32,653 nucleotides of DNA. Origin: Chthoniobacteraceae bacterium. Lineage in GTDB: Bacteria; Verrucomicrobiota; Verrucomicrobiia; Chthoniobacterales; Chthoniobacteraceae. Below, piece by piece: positions 25,196-32,653 of this stretch. The notes beneath the pieces are model-generated. The model was given only the letters and a program-made list of their open reading frames with translations, did not search any database and was not told the origin of the DNA. A program made the translations under genes and the position numbers. The stretch spans positions 1 through 32,653 of the forward strand of contig JANNWY010000251.1 of NCBI GenBank assembly GCA_031409335.1. Direction: 5' to 3'. Position 1 is the stretch's first letter. The number at the start of each line of letters is the position of its first letter.

Positions 25196-28100
25196 ATGAC
25201 CCACACCCGTCTCCTCGCCTCCTCGTTGCTGTTCGCCTTGTCCGCCTTTGCGCAGGCCGATGTGCTCATCAATGAAATCATGCATCACCCGTCGTCGGAA
25301 AATCCGGCGGAGGAATACGTCGAACTCTATAACAGCGGGGGCGCGCCGGTCGCGCTCGCGGGCTGGCAGTTCACGAGCGGGGTGACGTTCACGTTTCCGG
25401 CGGTGTCGATTCCTGCCGGCGAGTATCTCGTGGTGGCGGCGAGTTCGCCGGCGTTCGCCGCAAAATATCCGGCTGTGACGAACTTTGTCGCGGGCTGGAC
25501 GGGGCAGCTTTCCAACAGCTCGAACACGATCACGCTGCGCGATGCGCTTTCGGTGAAAGTGGATGAAGTGGACTACGCGGACGATGGCGATTGGGCGGTG
25601 CGCGTGCGGCAGGATCCGCCGGACTTCGGGCATCGTGGGTGGAAGTGGAAGAGCGACGCGGATGGATTCGGGAAGTCGCTCGAACTCATCAATGTGCTCT
25701 TTGACAACTCCGCCGGGCAGAACTGGGCGGCGAGTGCGACGGCGGAAGGGACGCCGGGCGGCGCGAATTCCGTCGCGGCTTCGGACATCGCGCCCGTGAT
25801 TTCCGACGCGGAACATTTTCCCCTCGTGCCCAGCTCGACGCAGAGCGTGACGGTGACTTGCCGCGTGGTGGACGATCATGCGACGGCAATGACGGTCGAG
25901 TTGCATCACCGGCTCGACGGCGCGGCGCTTTTCACGACGGACACGATGTTCGACGACGGCGCGCACGGCGATGCGCTGGCGGGCGATGGAGTCTTCGGCG
26001 CGTTGCTCGGGCCGGAGGCGAATGGGACGATCGTGGAGTTCTATTTTACGGCCACGGATGCGGCGACGAATACGCGGACGTGGCCGGCGACGGCGCGCAA
26101 TTACACGGGCGCATTCGTGCAGCGGTGCAACTGCCTGTATCAAGTCCACAACTCCGTCTATGCGGGCGCGCAGCCGCTTTACCGGATGGTGATGCTCGCC
26201 GCGGATCGCTCCGAGTTGAGCGACATCAACACGGACACCGGCACGCCGCCGTTTCCGTTCAATCCGAATGAAGACCCGGACCAGACGCACAGCCACGCGC
26301 GTTTCAATGCGACGTGGATTTCCACGGACGGCACGGGCGCGGAACTGCGCTATCTCACCGGCGTGCGCAATCGCGGCAACGGATCGCGCACGGCGACGAT
26401 TCCGAATTTCAACGTGCAGTTTGCGAATGCTGACATGTGGAACGGCCTCGCCGCGCTGAACCTAAACTCGCAGAACACGCCTTATCAGCTCCTCGGCAGC
26501 GCGCTTTACCGGAAGGCCGGGCTCGCGATGGCCGAGGCACGCGCCGTGCAGATTCGCGTGAACAACGTCAACCTCGCCAGCGGCACCGGCGCGCCGACCT
26601 ACGGCTTTTATGTGTGCAATGAATTCCTCGATTCGGATTTCGCCGAGCACCACTTTCCGCTCGATAGCTCCGGCAACATCTACCGCGCGCAGCGTCTTGC
26701 CACAGGCAGCACGGCGGGCGGCACGGACCTCGACGGCGCGAATCTCGAAATGATCGTTCCGGCGGCCGGCGAGACACTCTCGCTCGTCGATCTCTATAAA
26801 CTCAACTACCGCAAGGAAACGAACGTCTCGGAGGACAACTGGAGCGATCTCATCGCGCTCACGACCGCGCTCGCGAAAGGCCACAACGGCGGCACGCCGA
26901 CTTCGCCGACGAGCTACGACGGCGACTATCTCACCAGCGTCGCCGCGACCGCGGATGTGGCGCAGTGGATGCGCTGGTTCGCCGTGAACGCTTTTGCCGA
27001 CAACGAGGAAACCAATCTCAGCAACGGCGACGGCGACGACTACACGATCTATTTCGGCAAAACCGATCCGCGCGCCCGCCTCATCGCCTACGACCTCGAC
27101 ACGATCCTCGGTCGCAGCGCGACGTCGAACGACGCGACGCATGGCATTTTCCGCATGACGGATTCACCAGGCGGCGCACCGACCCCGGTGAATCCGCTGA
27201 TGAAGCACCCAAATTACGCGCCGCTGTATTTCGGGGAACTCAAGCGCCTGCTCGACGGCCCGTTCGCGCCCGCGCAGTTCGGCGTGCTGTGCGATCAAGT
27301 GCTCGCGGGTCTCGCGCCCGGCAGCGTCATCACGGCAATGAAAACTTTCAACGCGACGCGCCACGCGCACATCGCCTCGCTCGCGCCGCTGGCGATTTCC
27401 GTTACGGATTCCCAGGAGACCGGCGGTGCCGCGCTCACGCCGCTGAATGGCTACCCGCGCACGCTGAATCCTGCGTGCAGGCTGATCGGCGTCGCGCACG
27501 CCGTCACCACGCGCAGCGTGAAAGTGAACGGCGTGCTCGCAACTTGGAGCGCGTGGCAGGCGCGGTGGACGGCGAACAACATCGCGCTCACGCCGGGCAT
27601 CAATCGCGTGCTCATCCAGTCCTTCGACGGCACGGGGGCGGAGACGGAGCGGCTGAATTTCGACGTGTGGTTCGACGACCTCGATCAAGTCACCGCGCCC
27701 GCGGCCATCGCGGCGGACACGACGTGGACCGCGGCGGGCGGGCCGTACCGCGTGAGCGCAGACATGACGATCAACGCGGGCGCGACGCTGTCCATCGAGG
27801 CGGGCGCGACGGTGTGGCTCGGGAGCAGTACGACGGGCGTGGATGTATTTGTAAACAGCGGCGGGCGCATCGTCGCCGTCGGCACGGAGACGAGTCCGAT
27901 TCGGTTCATGCGTCCGCCGGGCGCGACGTATCAATGGGCGGGCTTCGATGTGAACGGCGCGGTCGGCTCGCCGATGTCGATCTTCCGGCATTGCACTTTC
28001 GAGCAGTCGAGCAGCTACGCGATCGACGTGAACGCGGGCGACGTGGAAATCGACCACTGCGCCTTTTCGCCGACCTGCGTGGACTATGTCTCGCTCGATG

Positions 28101-31100
28101 GCGCGTCGTTCCTCATCAGCAATTGCATCTTCCCATCGCCGGGCACCGCGGGCGAAGTCGTCCACGGCTCGGGCGGCGTGCGCAGCGACGGGCGCGCGAT
28201 CGTGCGCGACTGCTTTTTCGGCGCGCAGCGCGGCTACAATGACGTGTTCGATTTCACCGGCGGAAACCGACCCGGCCCGATCTTCCAATTCATCAACAAC
28301 GTGTGCGTCGGCAGCGACGACGACATCCTCGATCTGGACAGCACGGATGCGTGGGTGGAGGGAAATATCATGATGCACGTCCACCGCGTCGGCACTCCCG
28401 ATTCGGCGAGCGCGGTGAGCGGCGGCAGCGACAACGCGGACAACTCGCACGTCACCGTCGTCGGAAATCTCATCTTCGATGTGGACCAGGCCTGCACCGG
28501 AAAGCAGAACAACTTTTACACTTTCCTGAACAACACCGTGGTCGATCAAAACGGGCGCGGCTCGGACGACACGGAAGATTTTCTCGCGACGAACGATCCG
28601 CAATTCATCGTCGGCGTGCTGAATTTCGCGGACGACGGCACGACCTCCGGCGTGGGCATGTATGCAGAGGGAAATATCATCCACAGCGCGCGCGCGCTCG
28701 TCCGCAACTACACCGGCGCGCAGGCGGTGACGTGGAATAACAACCTCCTGCCGCCCGGCGCAACGTGGAGCGGACCGGGCTCGGGCAATGTCAGCATCGA
28801 CCCGCTGCTGAACGATATTTTCGTGGATGCGACGACGGGCGCTTCCAATATCCCGACGCCGACCGAGGCGAACTTCCGCTATCTCGTGCCGAAAATTCGC
28901 GCGCAATTCGGGCTGGATGCGTGCTCGCCCGCGCGCGGCACCGGGCCAAATGGCACGGACAAAGGCGGCATCCGCCCGTTCGGCGTCTCGCTCGGTGGCG
29001 CGCCGACCGGCACGACGAACGCGACAAGCGCAACCGTCGTCGTCGGCACACGCATGACGGGAAGCGGCATCCCCGCGACCGCGGCGGCATTTCCGCAGGG
29101 CAGCGGATGGACGCATTACAAATGGCGGCTCGATGGCGGCGCGTGGAGCGCGGAGACGGTGAACAATGCGCCGATCGTGCTCGCGGGTCTCGCGAACGGT
29201 CCGCACACGCTCGAGGTCGTGGGGAAAAACGACGCGCGCTATTTTCAGGATGACGCCGCGTTCGGCGCGAGCGGGCGCATCGCGAGCGCAACTTGGACGG
29301 TGGACACGGCCTTCACGCCGCCCGCGCCCGCGCCGCTCGTGCGCATCCACGAAGTGCTCGCGCAGAACACGGAGACCGTGAATTTCGGCACCGCATTTCC
29401 CGACCTCATCGAGCTGCACAATTCCGGCAGCGCGCCCGCCGTGCTCGACGGCTGGGGCCTCACTGATAACGCGGCGCTGCCGTACAAATACACGATCCCT
29501 AATGCCACGACGCTCGCGCCCGGCGCGTACCTCACGATCTACGCGAGCGGCGCGGGCGCGGTGCCGCAGCCGAAGACGGGCTTTGGCCTGAAGGCGGAAG
29601 GCGACACGCTCGCGCTCACGCGCAGCGCGGCGGCGGGCGGCGGTGTGGCGGACAGCATTCCGTTTGGAAATCAGCTCGCCGACACTTCGATCGGGCGCTG
29701 TGCCGACGGCTCGTGGGCGCTGTGTCGGCCGACTTTTGGCTCCGCCAATGTGCTCGCGAACACCGGCCCGCTCACCGCGCTCCGCATCAATGAATGGCTC
29801 GCCGCCGCCGCCGCGCTCGCGGGGCAGGATTTCATCGAACTCCACAACACCGCGCCCGCGCCCGTGAACATCGGCCTCGGCTACCTCACGGATAATCCGA
29901 GTGACTGGCCGAACCGGCATCAGATCCGGCAACTCACGTTCATCGCGCCCGGCGGCTACATCAGCTTCAAGGCCGACAGCGATCCCGGCCAGGGACCGGA
30001 TCATCTCAATTTCAAGCTCAGCGCATTGCAGGGCGAAATCGGTCTGTTCGATCCCGCGCTCGTGCTCCTCGACAACGTGGTCTATGGCCCGCAGCGCACC
30101 GACATCAGCGAAGGCCGCACGCCGAACGGCGCGAGCACCGCCGCCTTTTTCACCCAGCCCACGCCCGCCGGGCCGAACCCCGCGGTCGCCGGTGGAAACA
30201 GCGTTTCGACGATCAATCTGATGACGGCCACGCACGGCTGGCGCTACCGCCAGAACGCCACCGCCGCGCCACCGGATGACAGCCTCGCGCGCACCTTCAC
30301 CGCCTCCGCGTACGACGACACCGAAGCCGGCCTCGGCTGGCTGCCCGCGAGCGGCAGTGCGGCCCAGCTTCTTTACCTGGAAGACAACGCGCTCGCGAAC
30401 GCCGAGGGCTTTGCGAAGACCACGCTGCTCACCGGCTTCGACGCGAACAGCCCATACCAGACCTACTATTTCCGCACGCACTTCACCTACAATGGCCCGC
30501 TCACCGGCGTCACGTTTTCCGCGAAGATCATGTGCGACGACGGCGCGAACATTTACATCAACGGCAATCCCGTGCCGATCCGCGTGCGCATGAATGAGGG
30601 CGCGACCGGTTTCGCGGATCGCTCTCCGACCAATGTCGGCAACGCGGTCGTCGAAACGATTTCGATTCCCGCGGCGAGCATCGTCCTGGGCGATAATGTC
30701 ATCGCGGTTTCGGTCCATCAGGAAGGCACCGCCGCGCAGAGCGCGACGACGGGCAGCTCCGACATCGTCTGGGGCATGAAGCTCGATGCCACGATCACGA
30801 CCTCCGGCTCGGCAATCTCGCTCGTGCTGAACGAAGTGCTGCCGATCAACGCGACTTTGCAAAATCCGGACAGTTCATTCGCCGGATGGATCGAGCTGCA
30901 CAACACGGGAGTGCTCGCCTTCGACGCCAGCGACATGAGCCTCAGCAATGATGTCGCGCTGCCGCGGAAGTTCGTCTTCGCGAATGGCACGAGCATTCCC
31001 GCGGGCGGAAATCTCATCGTGCAATGCAATCCGCTCGCCGCGCCGAATGCGACGAACACCGGCTGGGCGCTCGCGGGCGACGGCGGAACCGTCGGCCTTT

Positions 31101-32053
31101 ACCACAAACTCGCGAACGGCGGCGGCCTGCACGACAGCCTCAGCTACGGACGGCAGATCCCGGACTTCTCGCTCGGTCGCACCCCGCACGGCAGCGGCCC
31201 GTGGGCGCTCTGCGTGCCGACGCGCGACGCGCTGAATTCCGCCGCCGCCATCGGCCAGCTCACCGACGTAAAACTCAACGAATGGCTCGTCACCGGCGCG
31301 GACTTCCTCGAACTCTTCAACATCGGCGCAATGCCCGTCGCGCTCGGCGGCAACTACCTCACCGACACGCTCACAAACAAAACGAAACACCTCATCCCCG
31401 CGCTCAGTTTCATCGGCGGCAGCGGCGGCGCGCGCTGGCAAAACTGGATCGCCAACAACAACAACACCGGCACGCCCGCGCATGTAAATTTCGCCCTCGA
31501 AAGCGGCGACGCCCTCGGCCTTTTCACATCAGCCGGATTCACGCTGGACAGCACGCCGCTGCTCGGCACACCCGCCGCCAGCCAAAGCGCGGGCAAGTTT
31601 CCCGATGGCACCGGCCCGATCCTCGCGCTCACACCGACCCCATCCGCCGCGAATGTGCAATCGCTCGCGGACACCGATGGCGACAGCATCCCCGACGCGT
31701 GGGAAATCGCCAACGGCCTGAATCCCAACGACCCGCTCGACGCAGCGCTCGATCGCGATGGCGACGGAAAATCAAGCCTCGCCGAATACCTCGCGGGCAC
31801 CGATCCGAACAATCCGCTGAGCGTGCTCACGAGCAGCATCGCAAAATCGCTCGGGCAAACCGTGATCCGTTTTACCGCCGCCACGAACAAGGGCTACACG
31901 ATCCAATTCAAAAACACGCTACTCGACCTGACCTGGCAAAAGCTCACCGACATTGCCGCAGACCCATCCGTGCGCGGCCTCGAAATCCCCGATCCCGCCG
32001 CGAGCGGCTTCCCCACACGCTTCTACCGCGTCGTCACACCGGTCCAGCCGTGA
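25196..32053 (+). CDS. Giant secreted lamin-tail-domain / CotH-kinase-like / beta-helix multidomain protein (2285 aa)
   Basis: Signal peptide ending AFAQA|D; several I(N/H)E......(D/E).IEL.N lamin-tail repeats; MFDDG.HGD..AGDGVFG; CotH-like GVRNRGNGSR, YGFY...E, IAYDLD; beta-helix region; DTDGD.IPD.WE...GLNP, EY.AGTDP and RFYRV tail. Start set at ATG 25196. Confidence 0.87.
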   Translation: MTHTRLLASSLLFALSAFAQADVLINEIMHHPSSENPAEEYVELYNSGGAPVALAGWQFTSGVTFTFPAVSIPAGEYLVVAASSPAFAAKYPAVTNFVAGWTGQLSNSSNTITLRDALSVKVDEVDYADDGDWAVRVRQDPPDFGHRGWKWKSDADGFGKSLELINVLFDNSAGQNWAASATAEGTPGGANSVAASDIAPVISDAEHFPLVPSSTQSVTVTCRVVDDHATAMTVELHHRLDGAALFTTDTMFDDGAHGDALAGDGVFGALLGPEANGTIVEFYFTATDAATNTRTWPATARNYTGAFVQRCNCLYQVHNSVYAGAQPLYRMVMLAADRSELSDINTDTGTPPFPFNPNEDPDQTHSHARFNATWISTDGTGAELRYLTGVRNRGNGSRTATIPNFNVQFANADMWNGLAALNLNSQNTPYQLLGSALYRKAGLAMAEARAVQIRVNNVNLASGTGAPTYGFYVCNEFLDSDFAEHHFPLDSSGNIYRAQRLATGSTAGGTDLDGANLEMIVPAAGETLSLVDLYKLNYRKETNVSEDNWSDLIALTTALAKGHNGGTPTSPTSYDGDYLTSVAATADVAQWMRWFAVNAFADNEETNLSNGDGDDYTIYFGKTDPRARLIAYDLDTILGRSATSNDATHGIFRMTDSPGGAPTPVNPLMKHPNYAPLYFGELKRLLDGPFAPAQFGVLCDQVLAGLAPGSVITAMKTFNATRHAHIASLAPLAISVTDSQETGGAALTPLNGYPRTLNPACRLIGVAHAVTTRSVKVNGVLATWSAWQARWTANNIALTPGINRVLIQSFDGTGAETERLNFDVWFDDLDQVTAPAAIAADTTWTAAGGPYRVSADMTINAGATLSIEAGATVWLGSSTTGVDVFVNSGGRIVAVGTETSPIRFMRPPGATYQWAGFDVNGAVGSPMSIFRHCTFEQSSSYAIDVNAGDVEIDHCAFSPTCVDYVSLDGASFLISNCIFPSPGTAGEVVHGSGGVRSDGRAIVRDCFFGAQRGYNDVFDFTGGNRPGPIFQFINNVCVGSDDDILDLDSTDAWVEGNIMMHVHRVGTPDSASAVSGGSDNADNSHVTVVGNLIFDVDQACTGKQNNFYTFLNNTVVDQNGRGSDDTEDFLATNDPQFIVGVLNFADDGTTSGVGMYAEGNIIHSARALVRNYTGAQAVTWNNNLLPPGATWSGPGSGNVSIDPLLNDIFVDATTGASNIPTPTEANFRYLVPKIRAQFGLDACSPARGTGPNGTDKGGIRPFGVSLGGAPTGTTNATSATVVVGTRMTGSGIPATAAAFPQGSGWTHYKWRLDGGAWSAETVNNAPIVLAGLANGPHTLEVVGKNDARYFQDDAAFGASGRIASATWTVDTAFTPPAPAPLVRIHEVLAQNTETVNFGTAFPDLIELHNSGSAPAVLDGWGLTDNAALPYKYTIPNATTLAPGAYLTIYASGAGAVPQPKTGFGLKAEGDTLALTRSAAAGGGVADSIPFGNQLADTSIGRCADGSWALCRPTFGSANVLANTGPLTALRINEWLAAAAALAGQDFIELHNTAPAPVNIGLGYLTDNPSDWPNRHQIRQLTFIAPGGYISFKADSDPGQGPDHLNFKLSALQGEIGLFDPALVLLDNVVYGPQRTDISEGRTPNGASTAAFFTQPTPAGPNPAVAGGNSVSTINLMTATHGWRYRQNATAAPPDDSLARTFTASAYDDTEAGLGWLPASGSAAQLLYLEDNALANAEGFAKTTLLTGFDANSPYQTYYFRTHFTYNGPLTGVTFSAKIMCDDGANIYINGNPVPIRVRMNEGATGFADRSPTNVGNAVVETISIPAASIVLGDNVIAVSVHQEGTAAQSATTGSSDIVWGMKLDATITTSGSAISLVLNEVLPINATLQNPDSSFAGWIELHNTGVLAFDASDMSLSNDVALPRKFVFANGTSIPAGGNLIVQCNPLAAPNATNTGWALAGDGGTVGLYHKLANGGGLHDSLSYGRQIPDFSLGRTPHGSGPWALCVPTRDALNSAAAIGQLTDVKLNEWLVTGADFLELFNIGAMPVALGGNYLTDTLTNKTKHLIPALSFIGGSGGARWQNWIANNNNTGTPAHVNFALESGDALGLFTSAGFTLDSTPLLGTPAASQSAGKFPDGTGPILALTPTPSAANVQSLADTDGDSIPDAWEIANGLNPNDPLDAALDRDGDGKSSLAEYLAGTDPNNPLSVLTSSIAKSLGQTVIRFTAATNKGYTIQFKNTLLDLTWQKLTDIAADPSVRGLEIPDPAASGFPTRFYRVVTPVQP

Positions 32054-32099
32054 TCGTGGAATGTCTGCGCGATTCCGGCGCGGACGATTTCGCGGAAGC

Positions 32100-32218
32100 G
32101 GCAAAGTAGTTCCGACTTTAGCCGGCAGGCGCGTGGCGATCGGGGCGCGCGCGCGGAAACGAACGCCACGCGCGACTAAAGTCGGGACTACTTTGCCCAA
32201 GCGCAGCTTGGGAACGAG
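32100..32218. repeat. GTAG-type REP doublet abutting a second REP-type hairpin
   Basis: Arms 32100-32124 and 32173-32197 (23/25 complementary; GTAG followed by CCGACTTTAGYCG), inner GCGCGTGGCG/CGCCACGCGC stem, then CCCAAGC-GCA-GCTTGGG-AACGAG at 32196-32218. Confidence 0.8.
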
Positions 32219-32459
32219 GTGTGCGTCCGACGCGAGGATATCGCGGGAGTGCATGGCGGAATCGGCGAAAACCGAAACTGATCGGCCTGATTCGCGGCTC
32301 CGTTTTTTCCCAAATCTTCACCGGATCGTCGATGGTTCTCTCGCTTACTTCGGTGGCGTACTTCGTCTTCGCCGCATTCATAAATGCGCCTGGCTTTCAT
32401 AGCGCAAGTCTTTGCCTGCACATAAGTATCGAGACTCTCCTTGCCTTTGGGCGAGTTAT

Positions 32460-32653
32460 CAGTCTGTTGAAAAACCCTCAAGCGGCGGCGGACAGAGGGT
32501 AGCCTTGCTGGAATTGGAGATATTCGCGGCCAAAGCGCGCAGAGTGCGCGAATCGGCAGAGTAACCTCAGAAACGGTCGCCAGAACCGATCATAGGCCAT
32601 CACCAGGAGCCCGCGCACGCCCGCCAGGGCTTGTTTGGGTGTGCCTATCCCAA
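32460..32653 (-). mobile_element. IS5/IS1182-like insertion sequence, right end with transposase tail
   Basis: Minus frame 32651-32478 reads GIGTPKQALAG...YPLSAAA* (G.GTP motif typical of these transposase tails). It is followed immediately by GGGTTTTTCAACAGACTG, a typical CAG.CTGTTGAAAAA terminal repeat. Confidence 0.65.

Noticed and set aside
20981..30862. Long opposite-strand ORFs (20981-23197, 23485-24999, 27164-30862)
   Set aside because: Arg/Ala-rich antisense shadows of motif-bearing genes.
1..32653. cas genes, tRNA/rRNA genes, integron integrase, response regulator or ECF sigma factor
   Set aside because: No recognisable motifs for any of these in the ORF track or sequence.

Overview
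GC-rich bacterial window with gene content typical of Verrucomicrobiota (prepilin-type protein, PEP-CTERM protein, lamin-tail/CotH giant, 'EY..GTDP...RFYRV' C-terminal tails); the taxon is inferred, not shown. Both ends run into IS transposase tails, so this is probably a whole contig. In order: an IS3 right end; an orphan type I-E-like CRISPR array (18 repeats, 17 spacers, no cas genes) whose last repeat runs directly into a 3' fragment of miaB; a prepilin-type gene; a REP doublet; an HI0933-family flavoprotein; and a tightly coupled minus-strand 4-gene operon (CHAT protease-SIR2 fusion, nSTAND1 NTPase-TM-WD40, cytoplasmic C25/gingipain-like protease, small membrane protein), the best candidate for an undescribed defence or cell-death system. 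Next is a possible trans-envelope cAMP signalling set (CHASE2-adenylate cyclase, outer-membrane barrel, two FecR-domain paralogues, cNMP-binding histidine kinase), interrupted by a decayed attC-like cassette/MITE/moxR-fragment patch and a choice-of-anchor-I PEP-CTERM gene. The window ends with a divergent secreted phosphoesterase and giant CotH-kinase-like pair, nested REP elements and an IS5/IS1182-like end. All family calls come from motif recognition by eye; no searches were run.
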